From Sedimentisphaerales bacterium (GTDB lineage: Bacteria > Planctomycetota > Phycisphaerae > Sedimentisphaerales > Anaerobacaceae), in assembly GCA_040772485.1 (NCBI GenBank), contig JAXGYC010000010.1, positions 1 to 64,000 of the forward strand: 64,000 nucleotides of DNA. Direction: 5' to 3'. Position 1 is the first letter of the stretch. Every line of letters begins with the position of its first letter. The notes below the pieces were generated by a model. That model did not search any database. It was given only the letters and a program-made list of their open reading frames with translations, and was not told the origin of the DNA. The position numbers were made by a program, and so were the translations under genes. Below are positions 36,701 to 45,401 of this stretch, piece by piece.

Positions 36701-39175
36701 CAGCCCGACGTAGTCGCTTGCCGAAATCGTCTCATCGTTCGTATTGAGATACATCTCGACGAATCGGGTCCGCACCGAGTACCGGCCGATCTGGTTGCTC
36801 AGCTCGTGCATCAGCGCGTTGTTGATCAGCGCGCGATCGAAACTGAACGGCGCGTACAGAATCCAGTCCGATTCGGCGGGCATGCCGAAGATCGAGACGT
36901 CCCTGTCCAGGTTGTTCTCATCCCAGGTCTCAAACCCATAGGAGCCCTTGGCCGCCCCGACGGTGCTGCGGCCGCGCCGCTTCATCCCGCCGCGACCGAC
37001 GTAATCCGCCCGGTCGAGCATTCTCGCCCGGCCGTCGTCCCCCCTATCGATGAAGGCCGAACGGACCGCCCGAAACGTCGTGCTGATGCTCTGGCGGCTG
37101 GTGTCGACGATCACAATCGGCAGGTCGGAACTGAAACCGGCCACATCGTTCGCCAGCGCGATGTACGTCTGACTGACCGCCGCACTGGGGGCCTTGTCCG
37201 GCTCGTACGCCCGCGCCACCACCTCCCGCGTGCCCATGATCGCAACCGCATCCGTGTACCGTCTCGACGACAGATTGGGCAATTGGCCATCGGTCGTGAG
37301 CCGAATCTCCGCATTCGGATTGGGCGAGCTCAATTCGAGCAGGATATAGCCCGTGAACGTCCCGCCCGGATGCGAGAAGATCGGCGGCTCGGAAACTCCC
37401 ACGTACCCCGGGCCGTTGGCGCTGCCCGGCGTGGGCTGCGTGAAGTACTGCTTCTCGCTGCCATAGATCCCGTACGACAGGTCGGCCTGCTGAGGGGGAT
37501 AGCCCCGCGCCCCGCCGGCGCCGTCGGGCGAGCCGTACGCGTGCGCCACCTGCAAGTCGGGCCGGACCAGAGCCAGGTACTCGCCCTCGCCGGAAAGCGA
37601 GAAGTTGGCGTGATAGTTACCCGCATCGTCCCGATAGGGCCAGTTGTCCGGGTGGTCCTCTTCCTGCACGCCCGAAGCGAAGACCACCAGAGACTGTCCC
37701 GCCGCCAGCCAGATCGCAGGCAGCGGCCACATCGTCAGATTGTCCGGATCGTCCGTCAGGTACCAGCCGGCCAGATCGACCGACCCCGCGCCGCCGTTGA
37801 GGATCTCGATCCAGTCCGGATACACGGTCCGCCCGGCTACCTTCGTCGAAAGCGCAGTCTCGTTGATCGCCATCAGCTCGGTAATCAGCAGGTCCGAATC
37901 CGGAAGCTCGCTGTACGTGCCGGTCAATTCGGTCGTTTGGCCCCGAGCGATCTGAACGGTCCGGGTCGACGGCCGTCCCCAGACGCCGGCGGAGCCGAAG
38001 TCCACTGTGTACGTCCCCGGAACCAGATCGGCCACCACCGCGCCGCTGGCGCGCCACTCGCCGCCGTCGAGCCGCCATCGCGCCCCGGCCGCCACCGCCT
38101 CGGGCGGCGCCAGCGTCACGCGAAGAGCGCCCGTCCAGTCCTCAAACCACTCCTCCGCCAGCCGGGCGAAATCCGCCAGCGTCACACCGTCGCTGCCGAT
38201 CAGGTCCGCGCAGCCGAGCGGATCGCCCGCGCAACCGGGCCCATCCAGCCACTGCTCGGCCAGGAGCATGACATCGGAGAAGTCGACCTTGCAGTCGCCC
38301 GACAGGTCGCCCAGCGGACACGGCGGCTCCACGACCGAGATGACCACCGTGTCACGACCTTCCTGGTCGCGTTCGTCCCAGACCTGAAGCTGCAACGTGT
38401 ACACGCCCGGCTGGGGGAACGAGACCATCGCATCCGCCTCGGTCTCGGTGCCCAGAAAATCGGGGACCGGCTGGCCCACCGACGACCAGAGAATCTTCAG
38501 ATAGTCCGGATCGACCAGGCCCACGCCGCACGGATCGTCGTCCACGATGGTCGGATGCATCTGGATGACTGTATTGCCCGCCCCTCGCCAAGTGACCGTC
38601 CGGTCGGCGCCCGCATCGACATCGGGCGGCAGTCCCCCCGCCGGAGCGCCGAGGAACTCGACCTCGGCAATCTGCATGCTGTTGGCCCACGCCGCATTGC
38701 GAACCGATGTGAACAGCAGTTGATAATGCGCGTACGCCGTCTTATTGGCGAACGTGATCGGCGTCTCGTTCTTCGTGAATCGAGGCCAGGGCGATGGCTG
38801 GCTGAAGTCCACGATGTCCCCACGGGCAATCAGCGTGTACGGCCCATCGATGCTCACGTTGGAGCCGCTCAGTTCGAAGGCGGTCGGGTCGCGCTCCACC
38901 GCATCGTTGGCGGTGGTCAGCGTCAGGCCCGTGACGATGGTCGCTCCGGCCGACGGCGTCACCTGAAACCCCGTCGGCTGCGTCTCGCCCTTGAAGTGCA
39001 GGTACTTCGTATCGACGTTGTCGTCGATCGCCAGCGGAGGTGATTCGGCGCCGGGCCAGTCCCCATCGTTGGGCACGCCCCGGACGGAATCGCCCGGACT
39101 GGTCACATCGGCCCGCACGCCCGCCGAGGCCAGCAACAGTACGACAGTGAATACGAAGAAATGCATCCGGGCCAT
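33575..39175 (-). CDS. Large secreted lamin-tail / CotH-like / PKD / dockerin-like multidomain protein
   Basis: Four LTD copies (I[TSN]E[LVI]M), CotH motifs (ESDWILYAP, PLWDFDRA), GDLSGDCKVDFSD dockerin-like repeat. Confidence 0.85.
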   Translation of the reverse strand: MARMHFFVFTVVLLLASAGVRADVTSPGDSVRGVPNDGDWPGAESPPLAIDDNVDTKYLHFKGETQPTGFQVTPSAGATIVTGLTLTTANDAVERDPTAFELSGSNVSIDGPYTLIARGDIVDFSQPSPWPRFTKNETPITFANKTAYAHYQLLFTSVRNAAWANSMQIAEVEFLGAPAGGLPPDVDAGADRTVTWRGAGNTVIQMHPTIVDDDPCGVGLVDPDYLKILWSSVGQPVPDFLGTETEADAMVSFPQPGVYTLQLQVWDERDQEGRDTVVISVVEPPCPLGDLSGDCKVDFSDVMLLAEQWLDGPGCAGDPLGCADLIGSDGVTLADFARLAEEWFEDWTGALRVTLAPPEAVAAGARWRLDGGEWRASGAVVADLVPGTYTVDFGSAGVWGRPSTRTVQIARGQTTELTGTYSELPDSDLLITELMAINETALSTKVAGRTVYPDWIEILNGGAGSVDLAGWYLTDDPDNLTMWPLPAIWLAAGQSLVVFASGVQEEDHPDNWPYRDDAGNYHANFSLSGEGEYLALVRPDLQVAHAYGSPDGAGGARGYPPQQADLSYGIYGSEKQYFTQPTPGSANGPGYVGVSEPPIFSHPGGTFTGYILLELSSPNPNAEIRLTTDGQLPNLSSRRYTDAVAIMGTREVVARAYEPDKAPSAAVSQTYIALANDVAGFSSDLPIVIVDTSRQSISTTFRAVRSAFIDRGDDGRARMLDRADYVGRGGMKRRGRSTVGAAKGSYGFETWDENNLDRDVSIFGMPAESDWILYAPFSFDRALINNALMHELSNQIGRYSVRTRFVEMYLNTNDETISASDYVGLYIFMEKIKRGPDRVDIQELEPWHNTEPAISGGYMLKIDRPDDGDRGFRTARGNPTYGDGTLCYVDPKEAEITTAQSAWIRGYLDAFEDALYGPNFADPASGYARYIDVDSFIDHNLLNMLAMNVDALRLSTHLHKNRNGKLEMGPLWDFDRALNSTDGRDDNPERWRGTGDGTDYLGYIWWDRLFEDANFWQKYIDRWFALRRGAFSTESLDATIDAMADEIWEAQGRNYQKWSGQGPRYGGFQGEIDQLKQWLLRRCTWVDSRFVSPPQIVPEAGHVEAGSQVSLVNTAGSGVIYYTLDGSDPRPPQAAPAAIETVTLVPVGASKRVLVPTGPVSDAWRGGSAFDDSAWISGSGGVGFETSTGYEQFFSIDVREPMYGRNSSCYIRIPFVISGDPGELNYMVLRARYDDGFVAYLNGVEVQRTMFSGTPAWNSSAEGNHDDLAALLFEDFEVSLPAGLLRAGANVLAIHGLNFSVDSSDFLISVELLAGHVATPGAGEVSGEVYTYDGPITVTASTQIKARVLVASNQYSPWSGLAEAVLAVGPVAENLRISELMYHPADPNTEFIELTNVGVETIDLNLVRLTAGVDFTFPSIELAPGQYVLVVENAGLFEARYGQGFPIAGEYSGNLANGGEYIELQDAAGHIVHGFRYGDRWYDQTDGQGFSLTVTDPATVDPNGLGEKRAWRPSVHPGGSPGFDDGAETIASGSVVINEVMANPESGQPDWIELHNTTDQTIDIGGWFLSDSENDLTRYRIASGTTVGPGGYIVFYKDRHFGNDADPGCQTPYGLSRTGETLYLHSASDGARAGYSEQQDFDASEQGVSLGRCLDSMGAGDFVALVAATPGRANAEPKVGPVVINEIMYNPAGSADAEYVELLNVSDIAVTLYDAAQDAPWRFTDDPEDPGIELLLPVDPPVTLQPGQCLLLVKDVAAFNATYAPPAGVRILQWGGGRLANGSETIQIAKPAASTAGQGQAGSVWIRVDRVAYSDGDHPDDFAGGIDPWPAEADGRGASLRRIDSMAHGNDPANWRAGVPSPGVAD

Positions 39176-39191
39176 AATCACCCTCAAATTC

Positions 39192-39212
39192 GTAGGGTGT
39201 GCACCGCACACC
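39192..39212 (+). repeat. GTAG-type REP-like palindrome
   Basis: GTAG-GGTGTGC-ACC-GCACACC. Confidence 0.6.
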
Positions 39213-39339
39213 AATTCCGTTATCGTCGCTCAATCGCCCGCCGGCCAGATGTGCACCAAGCCCGCCATGCGCATGGGAATCCCCGCATGGTGCTTTCGCC
39301 GCTCCGCCGATTGTGGCTTGTCACCATAAACACACCACC

Positions 39340-39368
39340 ATTGTAGTGATTCGCCCCCCCAAAGTCAA
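39340..39368 (-). promoter_or_regulatory. sigma70-type promoter with a G7 tract in the spacer
   Basis: TTGACT-17-TACAAT. Confidence 0.65.
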
Positions 39369-39383
39369 CGCCGCCCGCCGTAT

Positions 39384-39407
39384 GTAGGGGCGAATCATGA
39401 TTCGCCC
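39384..39407 (+). repeat. GTAG-type REP-like palindrome
   Basis: GTAG-GGGCGAATCATGATTCGCCC. Confidence 0.6.
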
Positions 39408-39451
39408 TGGCCAGCCAAAAACTGGGCGAAAGACACGGTTGCGGCCGATAT

Positions 39452-39484
39452 AAAGAAAGGGAGGGCTACACACGTAGCCCTCCC
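39452..39484 (-). terminator. Rho-independent terminator downstream of the EPS cluster
   Basis: GGGAGGGCTAC-GTGT-GTAGCCCTCCC-TTTCTTT on the minus strand. Confidence 0.8.
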
Positions 39485-39716
39485 AAACCGGCTTCGCTGA
39501 GGATCAGGCAACCTTCGGCAGAACCTCGCAGGAACGACCGAGCCGCCCGGCGAAGCCGGTCTTCTTCTATCGACATGCCCCCCGGCAGATCACGGAGGCG
39601 AAAGCACGAAGTACGAAGCCCGCACAAGGCCGCAGGCTTTAGGCTTTAGTGTTCCCCTCCCGCCTCCAGTCTACGGTCTCCAGTCTGGCCTTTGGCCGTT
39701 TTCGAATTTGCAGTCT

Positions 39717-41035
39717 TCAGGCCTTCGAGCTTGTCTCGGATTTCGACATTCGAATTTCGGATTTGCCAGCCCGGCCGTTGCCGTTGCCGGCCGCTTCGAG
39801 GATCGCGATGATCCGCGAGACACTCCGCTCGCGCCCGAAATGCCGCTCGTAGTATGCCCGCGCGTTGCGGCCCATGCCGCGCTGTAGCGAGGGATTCGTC
39901 GCCAGCCGCCGCAGCACATCGGCCGCCTCCTCGACGTCGCCCGGCTCGATCACGAAGCCCGAGCCGCTGTCGCGCACGATCCGCCCGACCTCGCAGTCGG
40001 CCGGCCCGACAAACAGCGACGGCCGCCCCGCCGCCAGCGTGCTGTATATCTTGCTCGGAACCAGCAGACCCTCCGTCCCCGCCTGCTGGCAGATCAGGTG
40101 AATGTCGCCCCGGGCCAGCAGGGTCGACAGCTCCTGCAGCGGCACGGGCGGCCGAATCTCCGCATCCGCCAGCCGCAGCTCGGCCACCAGCGCGCGAACG
40201 GCCGCCAGGCCCTTGCCGTCGCCGGCGATGAGCACCTTGAGGGCGGCCCGGCCGTTCAGCCGCGCCGCCGCCCGCAGGGCCGTGCCGAGGTCCTGCCCGA
40301 TGCCGATGTTGCCTGAATAGAGGAGGGTTGCCACCAGGGAGTGATGATTGATGATTGGTAATTGATGATTGGCCGCTACAAGCCGAGAGCCACCGGCTCC
40401 GGGCGTTTCGCCGCCGGCCGATCATGGACCGTGACACCCTCCCCGGGCGTCCAGTTGTGCACCGTGTGCAGCCGCCTGGCGTCGACTCCGGCCGCCGCCA
40501 GCCGCTGCGTCATCACCTCCCCCAGCGAGATCACCGCCTCCGCATCCCGATACAGCCTTCGACTGATCCGGCCCAGCGCGCGGCACAACCGGCCCCGCCC
40601 GGCCAGCACACCATACGCCGCCGCAATCTCCGGATACACGTCCATCACCCACAGCACGTTCCGCGTGCCCCGCATCTTGCTCAGCATCCACCCGATCAGC
40701 GCGATGAACGGCGGCGTCGTCAGCGAAAGACACACATCGGGCCTCGCCAGCCGCAGCGCCCGCCACGCCGCGCTGAAGTAGAACGACAGATAGTCCGCCG
40801 CCCGCCCGGCCAGCCGCTTTCGCCCGAAGCCCGTCGTCAGCACGCGATGGACGTGCACCCCGTCGAGCACCTCGTCCGCCGCCGGCGTCAGCGACCCGCC
40901 CCCGTACCGGCGACGACTGCAGATCACGTGCACCTCATGCCCCCGCGCGACAAGCGCCTCGCCCACGTCCGCCAGCAACTGCCCCGTCGCCGCCACGTCC
41001 GGCCGATAGAACTGGTTCAACAACAAGATTCGCAT
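39717..41035 (-). pseudogene. GT4 (WcaI-like) glycosyltransferase split into two ORFs (40376..41035 and 39717..40334)
   Basis: N-half MRILLLNQFYRPD...HNW; C-half LYSGNIG...VPSKIY; separated by a stop and frameshift from a 59-bp insertion. Confidence 0.8.
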
Positions 41036-41059
41036 GATTCGCCGTCCCTCGTCGCTCGT

Positions 41060-41300
41060 GACCCGTGAAGCGTGAAACGTGAAACGTGAAACGTGAAGCG
41101 TGAAGCGTGAAACGTCGCACTTCAGACTTCAAACCTGAAACTTGAAACTCGGCCATAGGCCGCAGTTCGTATCGCGTGAAGCGTGAAGCGTTGAACGTCA
41201 AACTTCAAACTGAAAACTGGAAACTGCCAACTGTCAACCCGGCCGCAGGCTGGAGGCCGCAGGCCGTAGCCATTCATCAATCGTCAATCATCAATCATGA
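41060..41300. repeat. Heptamer tandem-repeat tracts (CGTGAAR, AAACTKR, TCAATCA)
   Basis: Seven CGTGAAR copies at about 41065-41113, further degenerate tracts to 41300. Confidence 0.85.
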
Positions 41301-41360
41301 GCCCCGCTCACATCCCCAGCCCCTTCTCCCGCCGCCGCAGCTCCCGAACCTTCAGGTCAA

Positions 41361-41972
41361 TCATGTACTCGTACATCGCCCGCAGGCGGCAGTAGACAGT
41401 TCCTCTCGCCGCGATTTCAGTATCCTGTCGCGGACTTTTTCCGCAGGGTTACCTTGGTATATCGCATAAGGCTCCAAGTCCTTGGTGGCAACCGAATTCG
41501 CCGTCAGCACCGCGTGTGTTCCCACCGTCACGCCGGGCCCGACAAAAGCTCCCGCCGCTATCCAAGCTCCAGACTCAATCGTAACCGGTCTCAGTAGCAG
41601 ATCGAATCCGGGAGAGGTCCAGTCGTGACTGCCCGTGCAAAGCATCGCACGCTGAGAGACGCAAACGTTCGCACCTATCTCAATGCGATCAAGGTTCAGA
41701 ATCCAGCAGTCCTCCCCGAGCCAGGCGTTGTCCGCGATGGCAAGTTTCCAGGGAAACGTGATCTTGACACCAGGCTTGATGACGACGCCCTTCCCGACTT
41801 GAGCACCAAACCAACGAAGCAAGCGCCTCCTGAACCCGTAAAACGGAAACGGCATATGAAGAAAGGCTATGCTATGAACGATCAGCCAGAGGACCTCCTT
41901 CAACCGTCCCGCACCCCTATCGAGATTCCGTGCGCGAAATCGAGACAAACTGACTCTGGACGGGATATTCAT
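41361..41972 (-). CDS. wcaF: WcaF-like polysaccharide acetyltransferase (hexapeptide repeat)
   Basis: VKITFPWKL, SQRAMLCTGSHD, YQGNPA. Confidence 0.85.
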   Translation of the reverse strand: MNIPSRVSLSRFRARNLDRGAGRLKEVLWLIVHSIAFLHMPFPFYGFRRRLLRWFGAQVGKGVVIKPGVKITFPWKLAIADNAWLGEDCWILNLDRIEIGANVCVSQRAMLCTGSHDWTSPGFDLLLRPVTIESGAWIAAGAFVGPGVTVGTHAVLTANSVATKDLEPYAIYQGNPAEKVRDRILKSRREELSTAACGRCTST

Positions 41973-43041
41973 TCAATCCAGCTTCACGCAATCGGGCTGC
42001 GGGCCTTCACCCAGGACCCACTTGTAGACGTCGATCATCTCGGCGGCGATCCGGGGCCAGGCGAACTTCGATGCCACGAGGTTGCGGCCGTTGGCGCCCA
42101 TCTGCCTGTGCTCGGCATCGGACATCGACACCAGCCGTTCGAGGCCGCCGGCAATCGAATCGGCCTGTGGGCGGACCTCGACGGCGGCGCCGGCGACAAA
42201 GCCTTCGGGCAGGTTGCACTGGGCCGTCATGACGACGGGCAGGCCGTAGGACCACGCCTCCAGCACGGACATCGGCAGCCCCTCGCTGAAGGAAGGCAGA
42301 ATGAACGCATCGGCGTTCTGAAGGCACGCCCGCTTGGCGTCGTCGAACGCCGGACCGAGAAAGAGCACATCGCCCCCAAGGCCCTTCTCGCTAACCATCT
42401 TCTTCAGTTGGTCCTCGTGGCCGCCCTGGTCCCAACCTGCGACGACGAGCGCCCATTCGTCCGCCACCGTCGCATTCTGCGCCTTGAGCCGGCCCCACGC
42501 CTCGATCAGATTGGGCAGGCCCTTCTTCGGATGAATCCGCCCGAGGAACAGCGTGACCTTCCTGCCGGAGGCAACCTTGTCCGTCCAAGGCGGCGGCAAC
42601 TTCGCCCCGTCCGGCGGCAGGTCGATCCCGTTGGGGATGATCGCCACGGGATTCGTCAGACCGTACTCCCGGACGCTCTCGTACTCCGATTCGCAAAGCG
42701 CGTGAATACACGCCGCCGAACGCAGGTTCCGATTCTCGTACAGCCAGCCCGCCAGCTTCTTCTTCCACGCCGAGTTCCGAAGCGCCCACGGGTCCAGCAT
42801 CCCACGCGGTGAGATCAAATAGGGAACGCCCAGATTCCGTCCAACTGCAGCAGCAATCACAGAGGGGTAGAGCCATATGCCGTGGCAGTGCAAGATACAG
42901 GGCGCTGCCTTGAGCACCTCTCGTCTCATCGTGGCCGACGCGGCAAAGAAGGGAAGTCCGCCAGCAGGAAACACGCGAGGTTCCAAGGGCTGCCAAGCGA
43001 AGAGATCTTCTGTTGAATACTTGTCTTCAAGAGCATAGATA
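41973..43041 (-). pseudogene. GT4 glycosyltransferase lacking its N-terminus
   Basis: HGIW, SPRGML, FLGRIHPKKG, SFSEGLPMSVLEAW; begins abruptly at IYALED. Confidence 0.7.
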
Positions 43042-43500
43042 GGGACACGTGAACGAAACATTGATGATCTCGTCCTTCTTGCCCACCATGACCTCCAGCT
43101 CGCGGCGCAGCTTCGTCACCGGGTTGTCGACGTCCGCGAAGGTCTTGAGGCCGGCCATGCCCGGCAGGGCCAGAGCCGCCGACAGCGTATCGGTCTGCTT
43201 GATCAACTCTGCCTGGGTGTAAAGGTAGTTCGTCCATCGGGTCACGACGCCGGAGGCGTCTTTCTCCCAGACCTCCGGCCCCGCCTGTTCGACGTAGATT
43301 CGCGATGTGCTGGTGTAACGAGGGGTGGCGCGCTGCAAGTAAACCATTCCCGCTACCATCGCCGCAACCGTCGTCAGCAAGACGGTCCAGCGACGCCGCC
43401 AGAGGATTTCGAACAGGCTCTCCGAGAACCCTTCAACCATCTCGGTGACCGGCACCGTCTCCGACGGCTCGGGCAAGCTGGCTTCCATTCGGCTGTTCAT
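43027..43500 (-). pseudogene. Truncated Wzc/GumC chain-length determinant (N-terminal ~154 aa only)
   Basis: ILWRRRW-TM-PRYTSTSRI, YTQAELI, IINVSF, then a premature stop. Confidence 0.8.
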
Positions 43501-43530
43501 CGTTTCCTCTCTGCCTGGCGCATCGACGGT

Positions 43531-44649
43531 CTAATCCCACAGGTCCCGGCCCTGAATGTAGATGCCGGTGTTGATCCGCACCAGGTTGTGGATCATCGCG
43601 TTGGCCCGGGTCCTCGGGGTGTGCTCGATGGCCACAACGTCGCCCGGACGGATCGGCGTGACCAGCGCCTCGGTGAATTCCCCCTTCTGGATCAACTGGA
43701 ACGGCACGCGCGCGACCGAGCCGTCCTCCGTCAGGCGGTAGATGGTCGCGTAGCGTGGTTCGGCCACGGGATCGAAGCCGCCGGCGTAGGCGATGGCCTG
43801 GGTCAGGTTGTACTCGGCGTTAGGCGGATAAGGGAAGTTGCCCGGCTTGCTGACCAGCCCCAGAACGCTGAACAGAGGCATTTGCGTCTGCTCCACGACC
43901 ACGGTGTCCCCTTCCTCCAGAGCCACATCCTGGAAGGGAATGTTCGTGTTGACGACCGGCAGCAGAATCGGTTCGCCGTTGGCGGTCTGGCTCTCCTGAC
44001 CGGTCTCGTCCGAGCGCACGATGCGCACCAGCGCTGCGCCCGCCTCGGCGATCCCGCCCGCCTCGGTCAGCAGACAGCTCAGCGTCATCTGGTCGGCCTG
44101 GAGCGTATAAACGCCCGGCTCTTCGACGGCGCCGGTAATGTATACCTTCGAGGTCTTGAACTCGCTGACGCGGACGAACACCGATGGCTCAAGGACGACG
44201 TAGCCGGCGTACGCTTGGGTGACCGCCTCCTCGATCTGCGAAAGAGACAGGCCCGCCACGTTCATCGAACCGATCGCCGGCAGGACGATCTCGCCACCGT
44301 CCCGCACGCGGCAGAAGTATGGATAGCTGCCCTCACTTCGCGTCTGTGCCGCCTGCGCCTCCTTGGCCGTAACCGCCTGGAGCAGCGCCGGCATGGTGAA
44401 CTCCAGAACGTCGCCTGCGACGACTCGATAGGGACCGGTCTTGAGCTTGGCCTTCTGGATGCGGTCCATGTCGACCGTCGGCACGGTGGAACGGGCCTGC
44501 TCGAAGGCCTCCAGTTCATCGGCCGTGGGCATCCGAACCTGGTCGGAGCAGCCCGACAAGAGGAGTGCTGCGAGGACCACGAGCACAGTCCCCAAGACTC
44601 TGCGCCCGGCGCGCACGTGCCGGCGCTGCGTACTCTCTGCGAGGTTCAC
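43531..44649 (-). CDS. wza: Wza-like polysaccharide export lipoprotein (SLBB domains)
   Basis: LLLSGC lipobox; YRVVAGDVL; VYITGAVEEPGVY; VLGLVSKPG. Confidence 0.85.
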   Translation of the reverse strand: MNLAESTQRRHVRAGRRVLGTVLVVLAALLLSGCSDQVRMPTADELEAFEQARSTVPTVDMDRIQKAKLKTGPYRVVAGDVLEFTMPALLQAVTAKEAQAAQTRSEGSYPYFCRVRDGGEIVLPAIGSMNVAGLSLSQIEEAVTQAYAGYVVLEPSVFVRVSEFKTSKVYITGAVEEPGVYTLQADQMTLSCLLTEAGGIAEAGAALVRIVRSDETGQESQTANGEPILLPVVNTNIPFQDVALEEGDTVVVEQTQMPLFSVLGLVSKPGNFPYPPNAEYNLTQAIAYAGGFDPVAEPRYATIYRLTEDGSVARVPFQLIQKGEFTEALVTPIRPGDVVAIEHTPRTRANAMIHNLVRINTGIYIQGRDLWD

Positions 44650-44791
44650 TTGTTGACTCCCCTACGAATGTCCGCCCGTGATCCTCTCGCGGGTGGACTT
44701 CAATGTGACAGCAACTCCCCCCTGCGGGCAGCCTGTCGCTGGACAGCATCCGCCCGTCGGACTTCAGCCTACTTCGGCCAGAATCTCGCGG

Positions 44792-45196
44792 CTACCACCA
44801 CCAGCCCGACCAGATCGGCGGCCGAGGCACCCAGTACGGCGGTCCCGGCGCCCAGTACGGTGGCCCCGGCGGCCAATACGGTGGCCCCGGCGCCCAGTAC
44901 GGTGGCCCCGGCGGCCAATACGGCGGCCACGGCGGCTTGCACGGGCTGCGCGGCCACCACCAGTCCGGGCAGTGGACCTTGCCATAGCCGCCGCCCAGAG
45001 CAACCACGTTTGTCGCCATCGCCTGCTGAAGCGCGATCGTCGTCGCAGGACTCACGACGCGCGATCCCGGAGCCGCATCACCCGGCGTCACCAGCAGGAC
45101 AAACAACAACAGCACCGCCCCGGATGTCAGCAGCCTGGCAAACGCGGTTCTTCGCCTCGTCGTTCCTTTCGCGTCCATGGGTATCCTTTCCCACAA
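44792..45196 (-). CDS. Small secreted or membrane Pro/Trp-rich repeat protein
   Basis: Hydrophobic N-terminal segment, then PPYW(A/P)PG repeats encoded by 21-bp units. Confidence 0.55.
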   Translation of the reverse strand: MWERIPMDAKGTTRRRTAFARLLTSGAVLLLFVLLVTPGDAAPGSRVVSPATTIALQQAMATNVVALGGGYGKVHCPDWWWPRSPCKPPWPPYWPPGPPYWAPGPPYWPPGPPYWAPGPPYWVPRPPIWSGWWW

Positions 45197-45401
45197 GGCA
45201 CTTACACCGCTACAGGATCGATCTCTCCATCACTTCCTCGAAACCAAGTCACGTCAAGTAGGCTGAAACCGCGGAGAAGCGGAAGGCCTGTCTATTAGGG
45301 AAAACACGTATTTGACAATGGGCAATCAGGACAAGATGCGAGACCACAATGTCGAACCGCGCGTCACCGAACGCTCTGTCCACTGTGTCCGACGCGTCTC
45401 G

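Noticed and set aside
35027..39043. 1338-aa plus-strand ORF (and similar long ORFs 7536..10028, 24045..26354, 59665..61524)
   Set aside because: Antisense shadows of well-supported genes
44650..44790. c-di-GMP riboswitch or ops/JUMPstart element before wza
   Set aside because: Hairpins are present but the consensus motifs were not found
44820..44935. CRISPR or non-coding repeat
   Set aside because: 21-bp units are contiguous without spacers and fit a coding heptapeptide repeat
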